DNA from: an uncultured delta proteobacterium
Lineage (GTDB): Bacteria; Desulfobacterota; Desulfobacteria; Desulfobacterales; JAHEIW01
Assembly: GCA_963706575.1 (NCBI GenBank)
Contig: CAVPNL010000002.1
Span: forward strand, 96,001-160,000
Direction: 5' to 3'
DNA length: 64,000 bases
Under the pieces are notes generated by a model. It was given only the letters and a program-made list of their open reading frames with translations, had not been told where the DNA came from and did not search any database. A program made the position numbers and the translations under genes. Below are positions 38,196-48,597 of this stretch, one piece after another (position 1 is the first letter of the stretch; the number at the start of each line of letters is the position of its first letter).

Positions 38196-40268
38196 TTACT
38201 CCTTAGCCCGGTTGGCCTCTTCGATGATTTTTTCTGCAATCTGGGCAGGCACTTCATCATAATGTGAAAATTCCATGGTAAAGATCCCCCGGCCGCCGGT
38301 CATGGAACGCAAATCTGAGGCGTAGCTCAAGAATTCTGCCATGGGCACCTGGGCATTAATCACCTGGTTCTTCCCGGCATTATCCATTCCCAGGACTCTG
38401 CCGCGCCGGCCGTTGAGGTCCCCCATGATATCACCCATGTAGTCTTCCGGAGTCGTAATCGTCACTTTCATGATGGGCTCGAGCAATGTCGGAGTGGCCC
38501 CTTCCACCGCTTTTTTAAATGCCAGCGACCCGGCTATCTTAAACGCCATCTCAGAAGAGTCCACCTGATGGTAGGATCCATCATCCAGGGTAACTTTGAA
38601 ATCAACGGCGGGAAAACCTGCCAGCACGCCTTTCTGGCTGGCTTCGACAATGCCTTTTTCAACGGCCGGGATATACGTTTTGGGAATAACGCCGCCAACG
38701 ATGGCATCGACAAATTCAAACCCTTTTCCGCGAGGCAGGGGTTCAATTTGAATCCAGCAATCGCCGAATTGACCGTGACCGCCGGTCTGTTTCTTATGCT
38801 TGCCCTGAACCCGGGCTTTGCCTTTAATGGTTTCCCGGTAGGGAACCTTGGGCGTATTCAACTGGGCTTCAACACTAAATTTTCGCTTCAGTTTGTCAAG
38901 GATAGTCTCAACATGGATCTGGCCCAACCCGGATAAAAGAATTTCTTTTGTTTCGGCCACCCGGTCCAAGTTCACAGAAGGGTCCTCTTCCAATAGCTTG
39001 GTCAATGAAATGAAAATCTTGTCTTCTTCGCCCTTGGATTTGGCGGTCAGGGCAAATGAGATCAGACTCTGAAGCGGTTCGGCACAGGCATATTTTATTT
39101 TAGCGGCATCATCGCAAAGGGTATCACCAGTTCGGGTTTCCTTCAGTTTTGCCACAGCAACGATTGAGCCGGGTCCGGCCTCTGTAGCCGGTTTTTGTTC
39201 TTTGCCTGCGATTGTTAATAACTGAGTGAATCGCTCTTTGGTATCTTTATTGGGATTGAAAAAGGTGCCGTCGCTTCCCAGCTTTCCGGAAACCACCCGG
39301 AAGATGCTCAAACGGCCGGCATAGGGATCTGCAACGGTTTTAACAACATACCCGGAAAAAGGTGCATTTTCATCCGGCGCCCGGTCAATTTTATCGCCGG
39401 TGGCAGGGTCCACGCCGCTTCTGGCACCGCTATCGATCGGAGAAGGCATGCTGGTGGTCACAAAATCCAATAAAAGATCAATGCCGATATTTTGGGTAGC
39501 CGATCCGCAAATCACCGGCACAAATGTATGCGAAAGCGTACCGTTGCGAAGGGCGGCATTTAAATCCTCATCGGACAGCTCTTCTCCTTCAAGATAGCGT
39601 TCAATCAATGCATCATCGGCTTCGGCGATATTTTCAATCAAGGCTTCTCTTTCGCTTTCGACCAGATCCTGCATCTCCGCAGGAATGTCTACTTTTTGGG
39701 GCTTGCCGTCGGCATCATATATGTAGGCTTGATTTCGAATCAGATCCACAACGCCTTTAAATTCAGCTTCCGCGCCGATGGGTAGCTGCAGGATAATCGG
39801 TTTGGGATCAAAGCTGACTTTGGCATCTTCAAAGGTGCGATTAAAATCCGCCCGTTCGCGGTCCAGTTTGTTGATGAAGATCACGCTGGGTTGATTAAAC
39901 TCTTTGGCAAACTCCCATGCCAGTTCGGTTTGAACCTTGACGCCGTCGACAGCATCAACGACGACCACCACGCCGTCAGCCGCCTGCATGCTGCTTTTGG
40001 TATCGGAGAAAAAATTCTGGTCACCGGGGGTATCGATTAAATTTACGGTATGGTTCTTCCAGCTGAATTGATGAAACCCGCTGCTGATACTGGATCTGCG
40101 CTTGAGTTCTTCAGGCTCGAAATCCATGGCAGTATTGCCTTCTTCTACCTTACCAAATCGCTTCCTGGTGCCGGATTTGTAAAGCATGGCCTCCGCCAGA
40201 GATGTTTTGCCGGCGCCCCCATGGCCAATAAGGGCTAAGTTTCTGATACGCTCAACCTTTTCACTCAT
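38196..40268 (-). CDS. fusA: elongation factor G paralogue (EF-G2-like)
   Basis: GHGGAGKT, DTPG, NKLD, KQTGGHGQF, VDSSEMAF; switch I reads RRSSIS instead of RGITI. Confidence 0.9.
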   Translation of the reverse strand: MSEKVERIRNLALIGHGGAGKTSLAEAMLYKSGTRKRFGKVEEGNTAMDFEPEELKRRSSISSGFHQFSWKNHTVNLIDTPGDQNFFSDTKSSMQAADGVVVVVDAVDGVKVQTELAWEFAKEFNQPSVIFINKLDRERADFNRTFEDAKVSFDPKPIILQLPIGAEAEFKGVVDLIRNQAYIYDADGKPQKVDIPAEMQDLVESEREALIENIAEADDALIERYLEGEELSDEDLNAALRNGTLSHTFVPVICGSATQNIGIDLLLDFVTTSMPSPIDSGARSGVDPATGDKIDRAPDENAPFSGYVVKTVADPYAGRLSIFRVVSGKLGSDGTFFNPNKDTKERFTQLLTIAGKEQKPATEAGPGSIVAVAKLKETRTGDTLCDDAAKIKYACAEPLQSLISFALTAKSKGEEDKIFISLTKLLEEDPSVNLDRVAETKEILLSGLGQIHVETILDKLKRKFSVEAQLNTPKVPYRETIKGKARVQGKHKKQTGGHGQFGDCWIQIEPLPRGKGFEFVDAIVGGVIPKTYIPAVEKGIVEASQKGVLAGFPAVDFKVTLDDGSYHQVDSSEMAFKIAGSLAFKKAVEGATPTLLEPIMKVTITTPEDYMGDIMGDLNGRRGRVLGMDNAGKNQVINAQVPMAEFLSYASDLRSMTGGRGIFTMEFSHYDEVPAQIAEKIIEEANRAKE

Positions 40269-40372
40269 TTAGATACCTCTTTCCTTGGGTTTTATGACGA
40301 ATAAATTTTTAAACGTGAATGTTTATCTGTTTCATTGAAAAAAATCAAGCCCAAAATAAGGCTAATGCGCGA

Positions 40373-41113
40373 TTATTGACGGTTTAAGAAAATGAAAAAT
40401 TCGCGGTTGCCCTTAGGACCCAGCAGGGGCGACGCATAAACCGATTGAGGCGCCAGCTGGATGGTGCGGAAAAAATCGGATAATTCGGTAATGACTCTTT
40501 GATGTATTTGTGGCTCTCTCACGACACCGCCTTTTCCGACCTGACCTTTGCCGGCTTCAAACTGCGGTTTTATCAACGCCAAAATTGAAGCGTTTGGTTT
40601 CATGAATCGAATCACGGCCGGAACGACAATTTTAAGAGAAATAAAGGAAACATCGATGGTAATCAGGTCCACCGACTCCGGGATCGCAACATCTGGCATA
40701 TACCGAATATTTGTCCGCTCGATAACGATGACGCGCTGATTCTGTCGAATTTTCCAGGCCAGTTGTCCGTACCCAACATCCACGGCATAAACGCGTTCGG
40801 CGCCGTGCTGTAAAAGACAATCCGTAAAGCCTCCGGTAGAAGCCCCCACGTCGATGCAAACCGCGCCGGATACATCCAGCGGCAAGTTTTGCAAAGCGGC
40901 TTCAAGTTTGAGCCCGCCTCTGCTGACATAAGGGTTGTCGTCGCCTTTAACTTCAACTTTATCTTCGCTTGAAACAAAAAAGCCCGGTTTGTCGACGGGT
41001 TGATCATTGACCAGAACCCGTCCGGCCATGATCATGGTTCTGGCCCGCTGACGGCTTTTGACCAGTCCCTTTTCAACAATGATTAAATCCAGTCGGTGTT
41101 TTTTTCGGGGCAC
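40373..41113 (-). CDS. tlyA: TlyA-family rRNA 2'-O-methyltransferase
   Basis: S4 domain RLD; YVSRGGLKL, DVGASTGGFTD, DVSFISL, KPQFE; GTG 41113 chosen as start. Confidence 0.93.
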   Translation of the reverse strand: MPRKKHRLDLIIVEKGLVKSRQRARTMIMAGRVLVNDQPVDKPGFFVSSEDKVEVKGDDNPYVSRGGLKLEAALQNLPLDVSGAVCIDVGASTGGFTDCLLQHGAERVYAVDVGYGQLAWKIRQNQRVIVIERTNIRYMPDVAIPESVDLITIDVSFISLKIVVPAVIRFMKPNASILALIKPQFEAGKGQVGKGGVVREPQIHQRVITELSDFFRTIQLAPQSVYASPLLGPKGNREFFIFLNRQ

Positions 41114-41145
41114 TTGACTCAGTGATAAGAATGGGTAATTGAGTG

Positions 41146-41164
41146 TTTTCGAGACCACTTCTAG
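41146..41164. mobile_element. solo terminal repeat of the MITE family
   Basis: TTTTCGAGACCACTT-CTAG vs GTTTTGAGACCACTT-CTAT at the end of copy 2. Confidence 0.6.
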
Positions 41165-43083
41165 ACGGCCTGGCTGCTTGGCCATTTATCCTGCCGTTTG
41201 TCGGAAGAAGTCACCAGACGTTTAGCGGTTTCGACAATGGCATCAGCATCAACCCCGTATTTTGAGCGCAGAAGGTTTTGGGGGCCGTGTTCGACAAATG
41301 TATCGGGAATACCGATACGCGCCAGCTGATAATCGGTGATTCCGGAATCATTGAGCGCCTCCAGAACGGCACTGCCGAATCCGCCCTGGCGGACATTTTC
41401 TTCGACGCTAATGATACGCTGATTTTTTTTAACCAGAGAGCAAATGAGTTCGACATCCAGGGGCTTTACAAACCGGCAGTTAACAACAGTTGCGGATATG
41501 CCCAGTTGGGATAATTCCGAATGGGCCTCCAGTGCGTCGCAGACCGATCGGCCAATAGCCAGGATTAAAACATCTTCGCCTTCCTTTAATACCTCCGCTT
41601 TACCGATAGGAAGCGGTCGGATGTCCTTTTCGAGAATCGTTCCGGTGCCGGCCCCACGGGGGTATCGCAGGGCAATCGGACCGTCATGGTTTAAGGCTGT
41701 CAGCAGCATGCGGCGCAGTTCATTTTCATCTTTCGGTGCCATGACCACCATGTTGGGTAAATTGCGCAAATAGCCCAGATCGAAAAGGCCATGATGGGTG
41801 GATCCGTCTTCACCGACGATGCCACCGCGGTCGATGGCGAAAACGACATGCAACGATTCGAGGCAGACATCATGTAAAATTTGATCATATGCGCGCTGCA
41901 AAAAGGTGGAGTAAATGGCAACCACCGGCTTCAGGTTTTCAGTGGCCAGGCCGGCGGCAAAGGTCACTCCATGCTGTTCTGCAATTCCCACATCAAAAAA
42001 TCTTTTCGGAAACAGCTCTGAAAATTGCGCCAAGCCGGTTCCCTCGGGCATCGCTGCCGTAACCGCAATGATTTTCGGATCCGTTTTTGCCAGTTGGACC
42101 ATGGCATCGCCAAACACCTGGGTATAAGACGGATTCGGGCTCTTTTTATCCAAACAGTTACCGGTTTCGATTTCAAACTGGGTGCATCCGTGAAAATAAA
42201 CCGGGTTATTTTCAGCCGGCGGATATCCTTTGCCCTTTTGGGTGGAGACATGTAATAGCACCGGTTCATTCAGGTATTTAATATTATTGAGTATATCAAT
42301 TAAATGATTCAACTTGTGCCCATCAATGGGACCAAAGTACTCAAAATTAAAGGCTTCAAACAGCATGCCCGGGGTCACGAAAGTTTTCAGGCTGTCTTCG
42401 GTTCTTTTGGCCAACTGATAAATGTCATCGCCAAATTTGGGCAGCGATTTTAAAAAATCCCCCAATTCTTTGCGGATTTCCTGCATCTTTTTGCCGGAAA
42501 ACTTACGGCTCAGGAAAGAGGATAGGGCGCCGACATTGCGCGAGATCGACATTTCATTATCATTGAGAATCACGATAAGATTTTTGTCTTTATGGGTATC
42601 GCCAGCCTGGTTGAGGCCCTCGTAAGCAATTCCGGCGGTCATGGAGCCATCACCGATAACGGCAATCACCTTGGCATTTTCGTCCTTGATATCTTTGGCA
42701 CAGGCGATGCCAAGGCTGGCGGATACGGAGGTGCTGCTGTGCCCGGTTGTAAAAGCATCGTAAGGACTTTCGCTGCGGCGGGTAAAACCGGAAATTCCTT
42801 TGAACTGGCGCAGGGTATGAAATTGCTCCCGTCGACCGGTGAGCAGTTTGTGAGCATAGGCCTGATGCCCGACATCCCAAATAACTTTATCGTGCGGGGT
42901 ATCGAAAACGTAATGAATCGCGATTGCCAATTCGACCGCACCCAAACTGGGCGCCAGATGACCGCCGGTTTGGGATACCACGTCGACAATGGCCCAGCGA
43001 ATTTCTTCGGCCAGCTCGGGAAGATCATTGCGCGGGATTTTTTTTAAATCTGCCGGTGAGTTGATTTTATCCAATAATGCCAA
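41161..43083 (-). CDS. dxs: 1-deoxy-D-xylulose-5-phosphate synthase
   Basis: [45 protein letters not shown]. Confidence 0.98.
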   Translation of the reverse strand: MALLDKINSPADLKKIPRNDLPELAEEIRWAIVDVVSQTGGHLAPSLGAVELAIAIHYVFDTPHDKVIWDVGHQAYAHKLLTGRREQFHTLRQFKGISGFTRRSESPYDAFTTGHSSTSVSASLGIACAKDIKDENAKVIAVIGDGSMTAGIAYEGLNQAGDTHKDKNLIVILNDNEMSISRNVGALSSFLSRKFSGKKMQEIRKELGDFLKSLPKFGDDIYQLAKRTEDSLKTFVTPGMLFEAFNFEYFGPIDGHKLNHLIDILNNIKYLNEPVLLHVSTQKGKGYPPAENNPVYFHGCTQFEIETGNCLDKKSPNPSYTQVFGDAMVQLAKTDPKIIAVTAAMPEGTGLAQFSELFPKRFFDVGIAEQHGVTFAAGLATENLKPVVAIYSTFLQRAYDQILHDVCLESLHVVFAIDRGGIVGEDGSTHHGLFDLGYLRNLPNMVVMAPKDENELRRMLLTALNHDGPIALRYPRGAGTGTILEKDIRPLPIGKAEVLKEGEDVLILAIGRSVCDALEAHSELSQLGISATVVNCRFVKPLDVELICSLVKKNQRIISVEENVRQGGFGSAVLEALNDSGITDYQLARIGIPDTFVEHGPQNLLRSKYGVDADAIVETAKRLVTSSDKRQDKWPSSQAV

Positions 43084-43125
43084 TTTAAGGTTACTCCTCT
43101 TTTTCTATTTACTTTTGGGAAAGAT

Positions 43126-44016
43126 TTATTTTTTTCTATCGATGATATAGGTCGCTATGGCGCGCAATGGTTCGGCTTTATGATCAAATGATCCAAGCGC
43201 ATGCAAAGCGTCATCAATCAGCTTTCCGGCAAACGTTTTAGATTCTTCAAGACCCAGCAGGGAAGGGTAGGTGCTTTTCTGACGCAGTTCATCGGTCCCC
43301 ACCGCCTTTCCCATTATGGCCGGGTCGCCTTCAACATTTAAAATATCATCGGTTACCTGAAAAGCAAGGCCTATATTTTGAGCATAGCCTTCAAGCAGAT
43401 TCAGCTGGCTGGAATTCACATCAGCCAATTCGGCACCGCATATCAATGACACTTCGATCAATGCGCCGGTTTTCAAGCGATGCATGGATTGCAGTTCATT
43501 CAATGTCAACTGGTTTCCTTCTGCGTCGATATCCAGCATCTGTCCCTGAATCATGCCGCAATAGCCGGCTGCATGTGAAATCAGTCGAATGACGCGCAAC
43601 CATTTCGCGGCCTGCTGAACGTTGCTGGCTGCGACAGATGACAGCGTTTGAAAGGCCAGTGTCAGCAGCGCATCGCCGGCAAGGATTGCGGTGGCCTCAT
43701 CATAGGCTTTATGGCAGGTCGGCTGCCCCCTGCGCAGGTCATCATCATCCATGGCCGGAAGATCATCGTGGATTAAAGAATAGGTATGAACCATCTCAAG
43801 GGCACAGGCCGCCGGCAAAACATCCTCCTGATCACCACCGACTGCCTCAGCAGCGGCAATGCAGAGTACGGAGCGAAATCGTTTGCCGCCGGCCATCAGA
43901 GAGTAAGTCATGGCCTCCAGGAGGCGGTCCGAGGGCCCGGATGTTTTTAAAATGGATTCAAGGGCCGCGTTAATGCGTTCAATTTTCTCTGCCAGATATG
44001 CATTTAAATCAAACAT
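43126..44016 (-). CDS. ispA: farnesyl diphosphate synthase
   Basis: GGKR, SLIHDDLPAMDDDDLRRG, GQ..D, KTGAL, FQVTDD. Confidence 0.95.
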   Translation of the reverse strand: MFDLNAYLAEKIERINAALESILKTSGPSDRLLEAMTYSLMAGGKRFRSVLCIAAAEAVGGDQEDVLPAACALEMVHTYSLIHDDLPAMDDDDLRRGQPTCHKAYDEATAILAGDALLTLAFQTLSSVAASNVQQAAKWLRVIRLISHAAGYCGMIQGQMLDIDAEGNQLTLNELQSMHRLKTGALIEVSLICGAELADVNSSQLNLLEGYAQNIGLAFQVTDDILNVEGDPAIMGKAVGTDELRQKSTYPSLLGLEESKTFAGKLIDDALHALGSFDHKAEPLRAIATYIIDRKK

Positions 44017-44021
44017 GATAC

Positions 44022-44267
44022 CTAATCATCATTTGTATCGTCTTCAGCAGCTATAAACGGCTTTTCAGCTATCTGACCTTCCGAGTTCTTCAGCAAGACA
44101 GAGATTTTCTTTTCTGTTTCGTCCAACTTCTCGGAACATAATTTTGTCAGTTTAATGCCTTCTTCAAACTTTTTAATTGCTTTTTCCAGGGGTAGATCGC
44201 CGTCTTCGAGTTCCTGGACAATTCGCTCGAGCTGTTTCATGGATTGTTCAAATGTTTTCTGGGCCAT
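44022..44267 (-). CDS. xseB: exodeoxyribonuclease VII small subunit
   Basis: FEQSM..LE.IV..LE.G.L.LE. Confidence 0.95.
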   Translation of the reverse strand: MAQKTFEQSMKQLERIVQELEDGDLPLEKAIKKFEEGIKLTKLCSEKLDETEKKISVLLKNSEGQIAEKPFIAAEDDTNDD

Positions 44268-45600
44268 TTTCAGATTTTCCTTTTACCCGGCAGGTTAACG
44301 TGCCTTTTGCAACCATTACTTGAAGATCTTGCTCAATGGAAACCGTCTTGGGGCTCACAACCACATTTAAATCAGGAAGCGTGCGTGTAATACTGTAACC
44401 CCGTTTTAAAATGGCAATCGGGCTAAGTGTTTCCAGTTGAACGCTTAACTCACGCAAACAAGCTGCCTTGTTATCTATGTTTTTATCAAATGATTTAATT
44501 ATCTTATATTTATTTTGTTCAACAATAACATGCAAATTTTGAAATTGATGGGCAGGACTGTTATTCACCAGCCGATCTTGCCACCATTGAAACCGTTCTT
44601 TTTTGCGGTCCAAAAGAATTTGAACATAACGAATCATCCGAGACGAAGAATCATCCATCCGTAATCGCCAATCTTCAATCCGTTTTCGAGGATCGACCAA
44701 TCGCTGTGACAGGTCCCTCAGAGCAAATCCTAAACGATCGATTGTATTTGTCATTCGATATCTAAGATCTTCAGAAATATCTATAAGCTTCTGTAATAAT
44801 TCACTTTTAACAGGAACAGCCAATTCGGCCGCTGCTGAGGGAGTCGGGGCTCTCAAATCCGCCACAAAATCAACAATGGTATAATCGGTTTCATGTCCGA
44901 TTGCTGAGATAATGGGAATTTCAGATGAAAATACAGCTCTGGCGACGTTTTCGCTGTTAAATGCCTGCATATCCTCCAGTGATCCGCCGCCTCTGGCCAG
45001 AATAGCCACATCGGCGTCAGCTGTTTGATTGAGCTGCTTAAGTGCCGCAATGATTTCTTCTTCAGCTCCGCCGCCTTGTACTTTTACAGGAAAAATAAGT
45101 ATATTCAAGTTGTTAAAGCGCCGATCGATGATGTTAAGCATGTCGTGAACCACCGCGCCCGATGGCGAAGTGATCAGAGCGATTTTATGGGCTAAATACG
45201 GTATGGTTTTTTTGTGTTTTTCATCAAACAAACCTTCATCCGCCAGCTTAGCCTTCAATTTCTCATAGGCGATTTGAAGGGCGCCGATTCCTGAAGGTTC
45301 CAGATATTCAAGAATAATCTGATAGGTGCCCCGGGGTTCGTAAACACTGAGACGACCCATGCCGGTGATACGCATTCCGTCTTCGGGCTTAAACTTCAGT
45401 TGTCGTTGCTGACCCCGAAACATCACGGCATTGAGCTGTGATTCTTCATCCTTCAGGGTAAAATAAAAATGGCCGGATAAAGGAGTACGGAAATTAGAAA
45501 TTTCTGCAACAATCCAAATAAAGGGGAACTGTTCTTCAAGCAGTAATTTGATATTGGCATTGAGTTCTGAAACCGTATAAATCTTTCGCATCGGCTCCAT
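44248..45600 (-). CDS. xseA: exodeoxyribonuclease VII large subunit
   Basis: EISNF...SGH.YFTLKD, RGGGS.ED..AFN, AIGHETD, RAPTPSAAAE; start uncertain. Confidence 0.96.
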   Translation of the reverse strand: MEPMRKIYTVSELNANIKLLLEEQFPFIWIVAEISNFRTPLSGHFYFTLKDEESQLNAVMFRGQQRQLKFKPEDGMRITGMGRLSVYEPRGTYQIILEYLEPSGIGALQIAYEKLKAKLADEGLFDEKHKKTIPYLAHKIALITSPSGAVVHDMLNIIDRRFNNLNILIFPVKVQGGGAEEEIIAALKQLNQTADADVAILARGGGSLEDMQAFNSENVARAVFSSEIPIISAIGHETDYTIVDFVADLRAPTPSAAAELAVPVKSELLQKLIDISEDLRYRMTNTIDRLGFALRDLSQRLVDPRKRIEDWRLRMDDSSSRMIRYVQILLDRKKERFQWWQDRLVNNSPAHQFQNLHVIVEQNKYKIIKSFDKNIDNKAACLRELSVQLETLSPIAILKRGYSITRTLPDLNVVVSPKTVSIEQDLQVMVAKGTLTCRVKGKSENGPENI

Positions 45601-45704
45601 TTCATCAATCCCATTGTGTGAAGTGAACATATTTTTATCGAGGTTGTCAATCATGCTCAATTATGCTGTGCTGCAGGGCGGCATCCGACTGGAACAGATG
45701 CCCA

Positions 45705-45732
45705 ACGTCTGATAAGTTATATTATGTAAACT
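45705..45732 (+). other. candidate dif (XerCD) site
   Basis: ACGTCTGATAA-GTTATA-TTATGTAAACT: 11-6-11 layout, intergenic, XerD-type arm. Confidence 0.75.
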
Positions 45733-45855
45733 TTTATTCGGAATGCTGAAAACTAGGCACTTTATAGCGCAAAATCCTATTTTTGTCTCCCCTGTTTAAA
45801 CAGGCACCAATAAAGGCGGCATCTGATTCAAAATCCAGCTTGGGGCCTCTCATCC

Positions 45856-46125
45856 TCATTTTACGGCGTATTTTTCCAGCAGTTCGCGGACCGCCGGAAT
45901 AATATAGATATCTTCATGGGGTATCAGGGCCAACTGATTGGCCAGAATTTTAATTTTTTTGTGCACCGACTTGTGTTTGTCCATGACAAACAATTTCTGG
46001 CCTTTAACGGTGCAAAGCCCACTTTTGACCTTGATTCCTGAAACCTTGAGGTTCTGTTCGGAAACCGTAATCTGCATTCGTTCCGCCAGGTCTTTGAGCT
46101 CTTGATATAATTGGTCGGGTTTCAT
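45856..46125 (-). CDS. hypothetical protein (89 aa)
   Basis: ATG 46125 MKPDQLYQELKDLAER..; globular-looking; upstream of xseA operon. Confidence 0.7.
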   Translation of the reverse strand: MKPDQLYQELKDLAERMQITVSEQNLKVSGIKVKSGLCTVKGQKLFVMDKHKSVHKKIKILANQLALIPHEDIYIIPAVRELLEKYAVK

Positions 46126-46211
46126 AGCATTAAAACGCCACAGCCCCTTGAAAATCGCTGACTGTGTGTTATTATTAACAAACATTAAATTATATTCGCA
46201 GGAGGCTTTAA

Positions 46212-46913
46212 ATGGAGTCCATATCAACAAAACAGACACAAGTCCAGACTCGCGTAAATGATTTTATTCGCAGTGTATACAACTGGATGGCGATCGGATT
46301 GGCACTGACCGGTTTTGTGGCCTTTTATGTCGCCAGCAATCCGACTCTGCTGAATCTTATATATCGAAATCAGATTCTGTTTTTCGGCCTGATTATCGCT
46401 GAACTGGGGCTGGTGTTTTGGATCAGTGCCCGTATTCAACGCATGCAGGCTTCCACCGCCACTGCCCTGTTTGTGCTCTATTCAGCCTTGAACGGGACAA
46501 CCCTGTCGTTTATATTTATTTTTTATACCCGGGCATCGATTGCTTCGACTTTCTTTGTCTGTGCGGCAACGTTTATTGCCTGCAGCATTTACGGCTGGAC
46601 CACCAAACGCGACCTGACTTCCCTCGGTGGGTTCCTGATGATGGGATTAATCGGGATCATCATCGCTTCACTGGTCAACATTTTTATCCGCAGTTCGGCC
46701 ATGCACATGATCATCAGCTATATCGGGGTGCTGGTTTTCGTCGGCTTGACCGCCTATGACACCCAGAGCCTGAAAGCCATGGCAGTTTCTCAACCTGCAG
46801 ATGTGGGCGCCAGCGCGATACGCAAAGGGGCAATCCTGGGCGCCCTGAAATTGTATCTGGATTTTATTAACCTGTTTCTGATGTTACTGAGGATTCTCGG
46901 CAATAGAGAGTAA
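46212..46913 (+). CDS. Bax inhibitor-1/YccA-family membrane protein
   Basis: 7 TM; VYNWMA.GL, TAYDTQ, ALKLYLDFINLF. Confidence 0.93.
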   Translation: MESISTKQTQVQTRVNDFIRSVYNWMAIGLALTGFVAFYVASNPTLLNLIYRNQILFFGLIIAELGLVFWISARIQRMQASTATALFVLYSALNGTTLSFIFIFYTRASIASTFFVCAATFIACSIYGWTTKRDLTSLGGFLMMGLIGIIIASLVNIFIRSSAMHMIISYIGVLVFVGLTAYDTQSLKAMAVSQPADVGASAIRKGAILGALKLYLDFINLFLMLLRILGNRE

Positions 46914-46920
46914 CAATATT

Positions 46921-47100
46921 CGCAGATTACACGAATCCCAAAGATTATGTGTCGACAGATTCCGCAGATTACCGCAGATTGTTTTCTTTAAATCTAACCT
47001 GGTATCCTAAAAAAAGAGATTTCCGAAATAAGACCCATCATTTCTTTCCCAATTTTAATTTGAATTTTTTGAAATCTGCGTAAATCTGTGTAATCTGCGG
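46921..47100. repeat. inverted pair of 9/10-mer arrays (CGCAGATT / AATCTGCG)
   Basis: ACAGATTCC GCAGATTACC GCAGATT (46955-46980) vs AATCTGCGTA AATCTGTGT AATCTGCGG (47073-47100). Confidence 0.82.
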
Positions 47101-47130
47101 ATAATATTTATTCTGCGGAATTGGCGGATG

Positions 47131-48483
47131 CTATCCAAGAGTGGCTTTGACGACGTCGGCGATCTGCTGACAGTAACGCCGGGTTTCGTCTTCTTCAGGC
47201 CCTTCAACCATCACGCGGCAAAGCGGCTGCGTTCCGGAATAGCGCACCAGCACCCTGCCCTTCTCGCCCAGGCACTCCTCTACCGATCGAATTGCAGCCA
47301 TAATCTGCGGGACATTTTCAATCGCTGGTTTCTTCTGCACATCGATATTCAGCAAAACCTGGGGGAATACGGTCATCACCCGGCTCAATTCCGATAGGGG
47401 CTTGTTCTCTTCGCACATGGCCTGAATCAGCCTTATCGCCGTCAGCATCCCATCGCCGGTAGTATGTTGATCCAGGAAAATCATGTGGCCCGAATCTTCT
47501 CCGCCGATGATGGCCCCGTTGGCGTTCATTTGTTCCAGCACATAGCGATCACCCACCTGAGCCATCAAGTGATTGATACCCAGGTCTTTTAAAGCCAGTC
47601 GCAGTCCTAAATTGCTCATGACGGTGCTGACGACCAGATTGTTCTTCAGCAATCCTTTGCGCTTTAAAGACCGGGCACATATCGCCAGTGTCCGGTCACC
47701 GCTAATGACCAAGCCCTTCTCATCGACGGCAACCAAGCGGTCGCCATCTCCATCAAAAGCCAGTCCGATATCGGCCTCTTGCCTCAGAACCGCATCAATT
47801 AACGTTTCAGGGTGTTCGGATCCACAGGCCGCGTTAATATTTTTACCGTCAGGGTGGATATGCAGCGCCTCGACCTGCGCAGCGAGATCCTGGAATAACC
47901 TCGGAGCAACAGTATAGGTTGCTCCATTAGAACAATCTAAAACGATCTTCATATCGTCGAACAGCTTAGCGTGGGGTAAGGTGTTTTGCAAAAAGGCAAG
48001 ATAACGTTCAGGCGCATCCTTCAGGGTTTCAATGTTTCCGGTTTGATGATTGGATTTTCGAGGGCTGGGATCGACATTATTGGCCGCTAAAAGACGTTCA
48101 ATCTCGTTTTCTTTGGCGTCGGAAAGCTTATATCCATCTGCGTCAAATATCTTGATGCCGTTGTCGTAAAACGGATTATGTGAGGCGGATATGACAATCC
48201 CGGCGGCCGCATCGCTTGATGATACCAGATAGGCCACCGCCGGTGTGGGTAAAATACCGGTCAGACAGGCATCAGCGCCAACGGAACAGATTCCGGATGC
48301 CAGGGCATTTTCGATCATGTCGCCTGACTCACGGGTGTCTTTTCCGATAATTATTTTTGTGGGGATGGCGCTGTCGCCGAAAACCGATGCAAGCGCCCGC
48401 CCGATTTCAAAGACCGCACCAGCTGTCAGTGGATATTCATTTGCGACGCCGCGGATACCATCTGTACCAAAAAGTCTGCCCAT
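47131..48483 (-). CDS. glmM: phosphoglucosamine mutase
   Basis: FGTDGIRG, ISASHNP, DGDGDR, GGEDSGH, RYSGT. Confidence 0.96.
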   Translation of the reverse strand: MGRLFGTDGIRGVANEYPLTAGAVFEIGRALASVFGDSAIPTKIIIGKDTRESGDMIENALASGICSVGADACLTGILPTPAVAYLVSSSDAAAGIVISASHNPFYDNGIKIFDADGYKLSDAKENEIERLLAANNVDPSPRKSNHQTGNIETLKDAPERYLAFLQNTLPHAKLFDDMKIVLDCSNGATYTVAPRLFQDLAAQVEALHIHPDGKNINAACGSEHPETLIDAVLRQEADIGLAFDGDGDRLVAVDEKGLVISGDRTLAICARSLKRKGLLKNNLVVSTVMSNLGLRLALKDLGINHLMAQVGDRYVLEQMNANGAIIGGEDSGHMIFLDQHTTGDGMLTAIRLIQAMCEENKPLSELSRVMTVFPQVLLNIDVQKKPAIENVPQIMAAIRSVEECLGEKGRVLVRYSGTQPLCRVMVEGPEEDETRRYCQQIADVVKATLG

Positions 48484-48494
48484 AATAAAAAAAT

Positions 48495-48591
48495 GTTAAA
48501 TTAGTTAAATTGGTTTAATTGGTCTAATTGGTTAAACAATGTATCCCTCCAAACCAATCTAACCAATCAAACCAATTGAACCAATCAAACC
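48495..48591. repeat. inverted pair of 9-mer arrays, 4+4 units
   Basis: GTTAAATTA GTTAAATTG GTTTAATTG GTCTAATTG vs AACCAATCT AACCAATCA AACCAATTG AACCAATCA. Confidence 0.88.
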
Positions 48592-48597
48592 CTTCCT

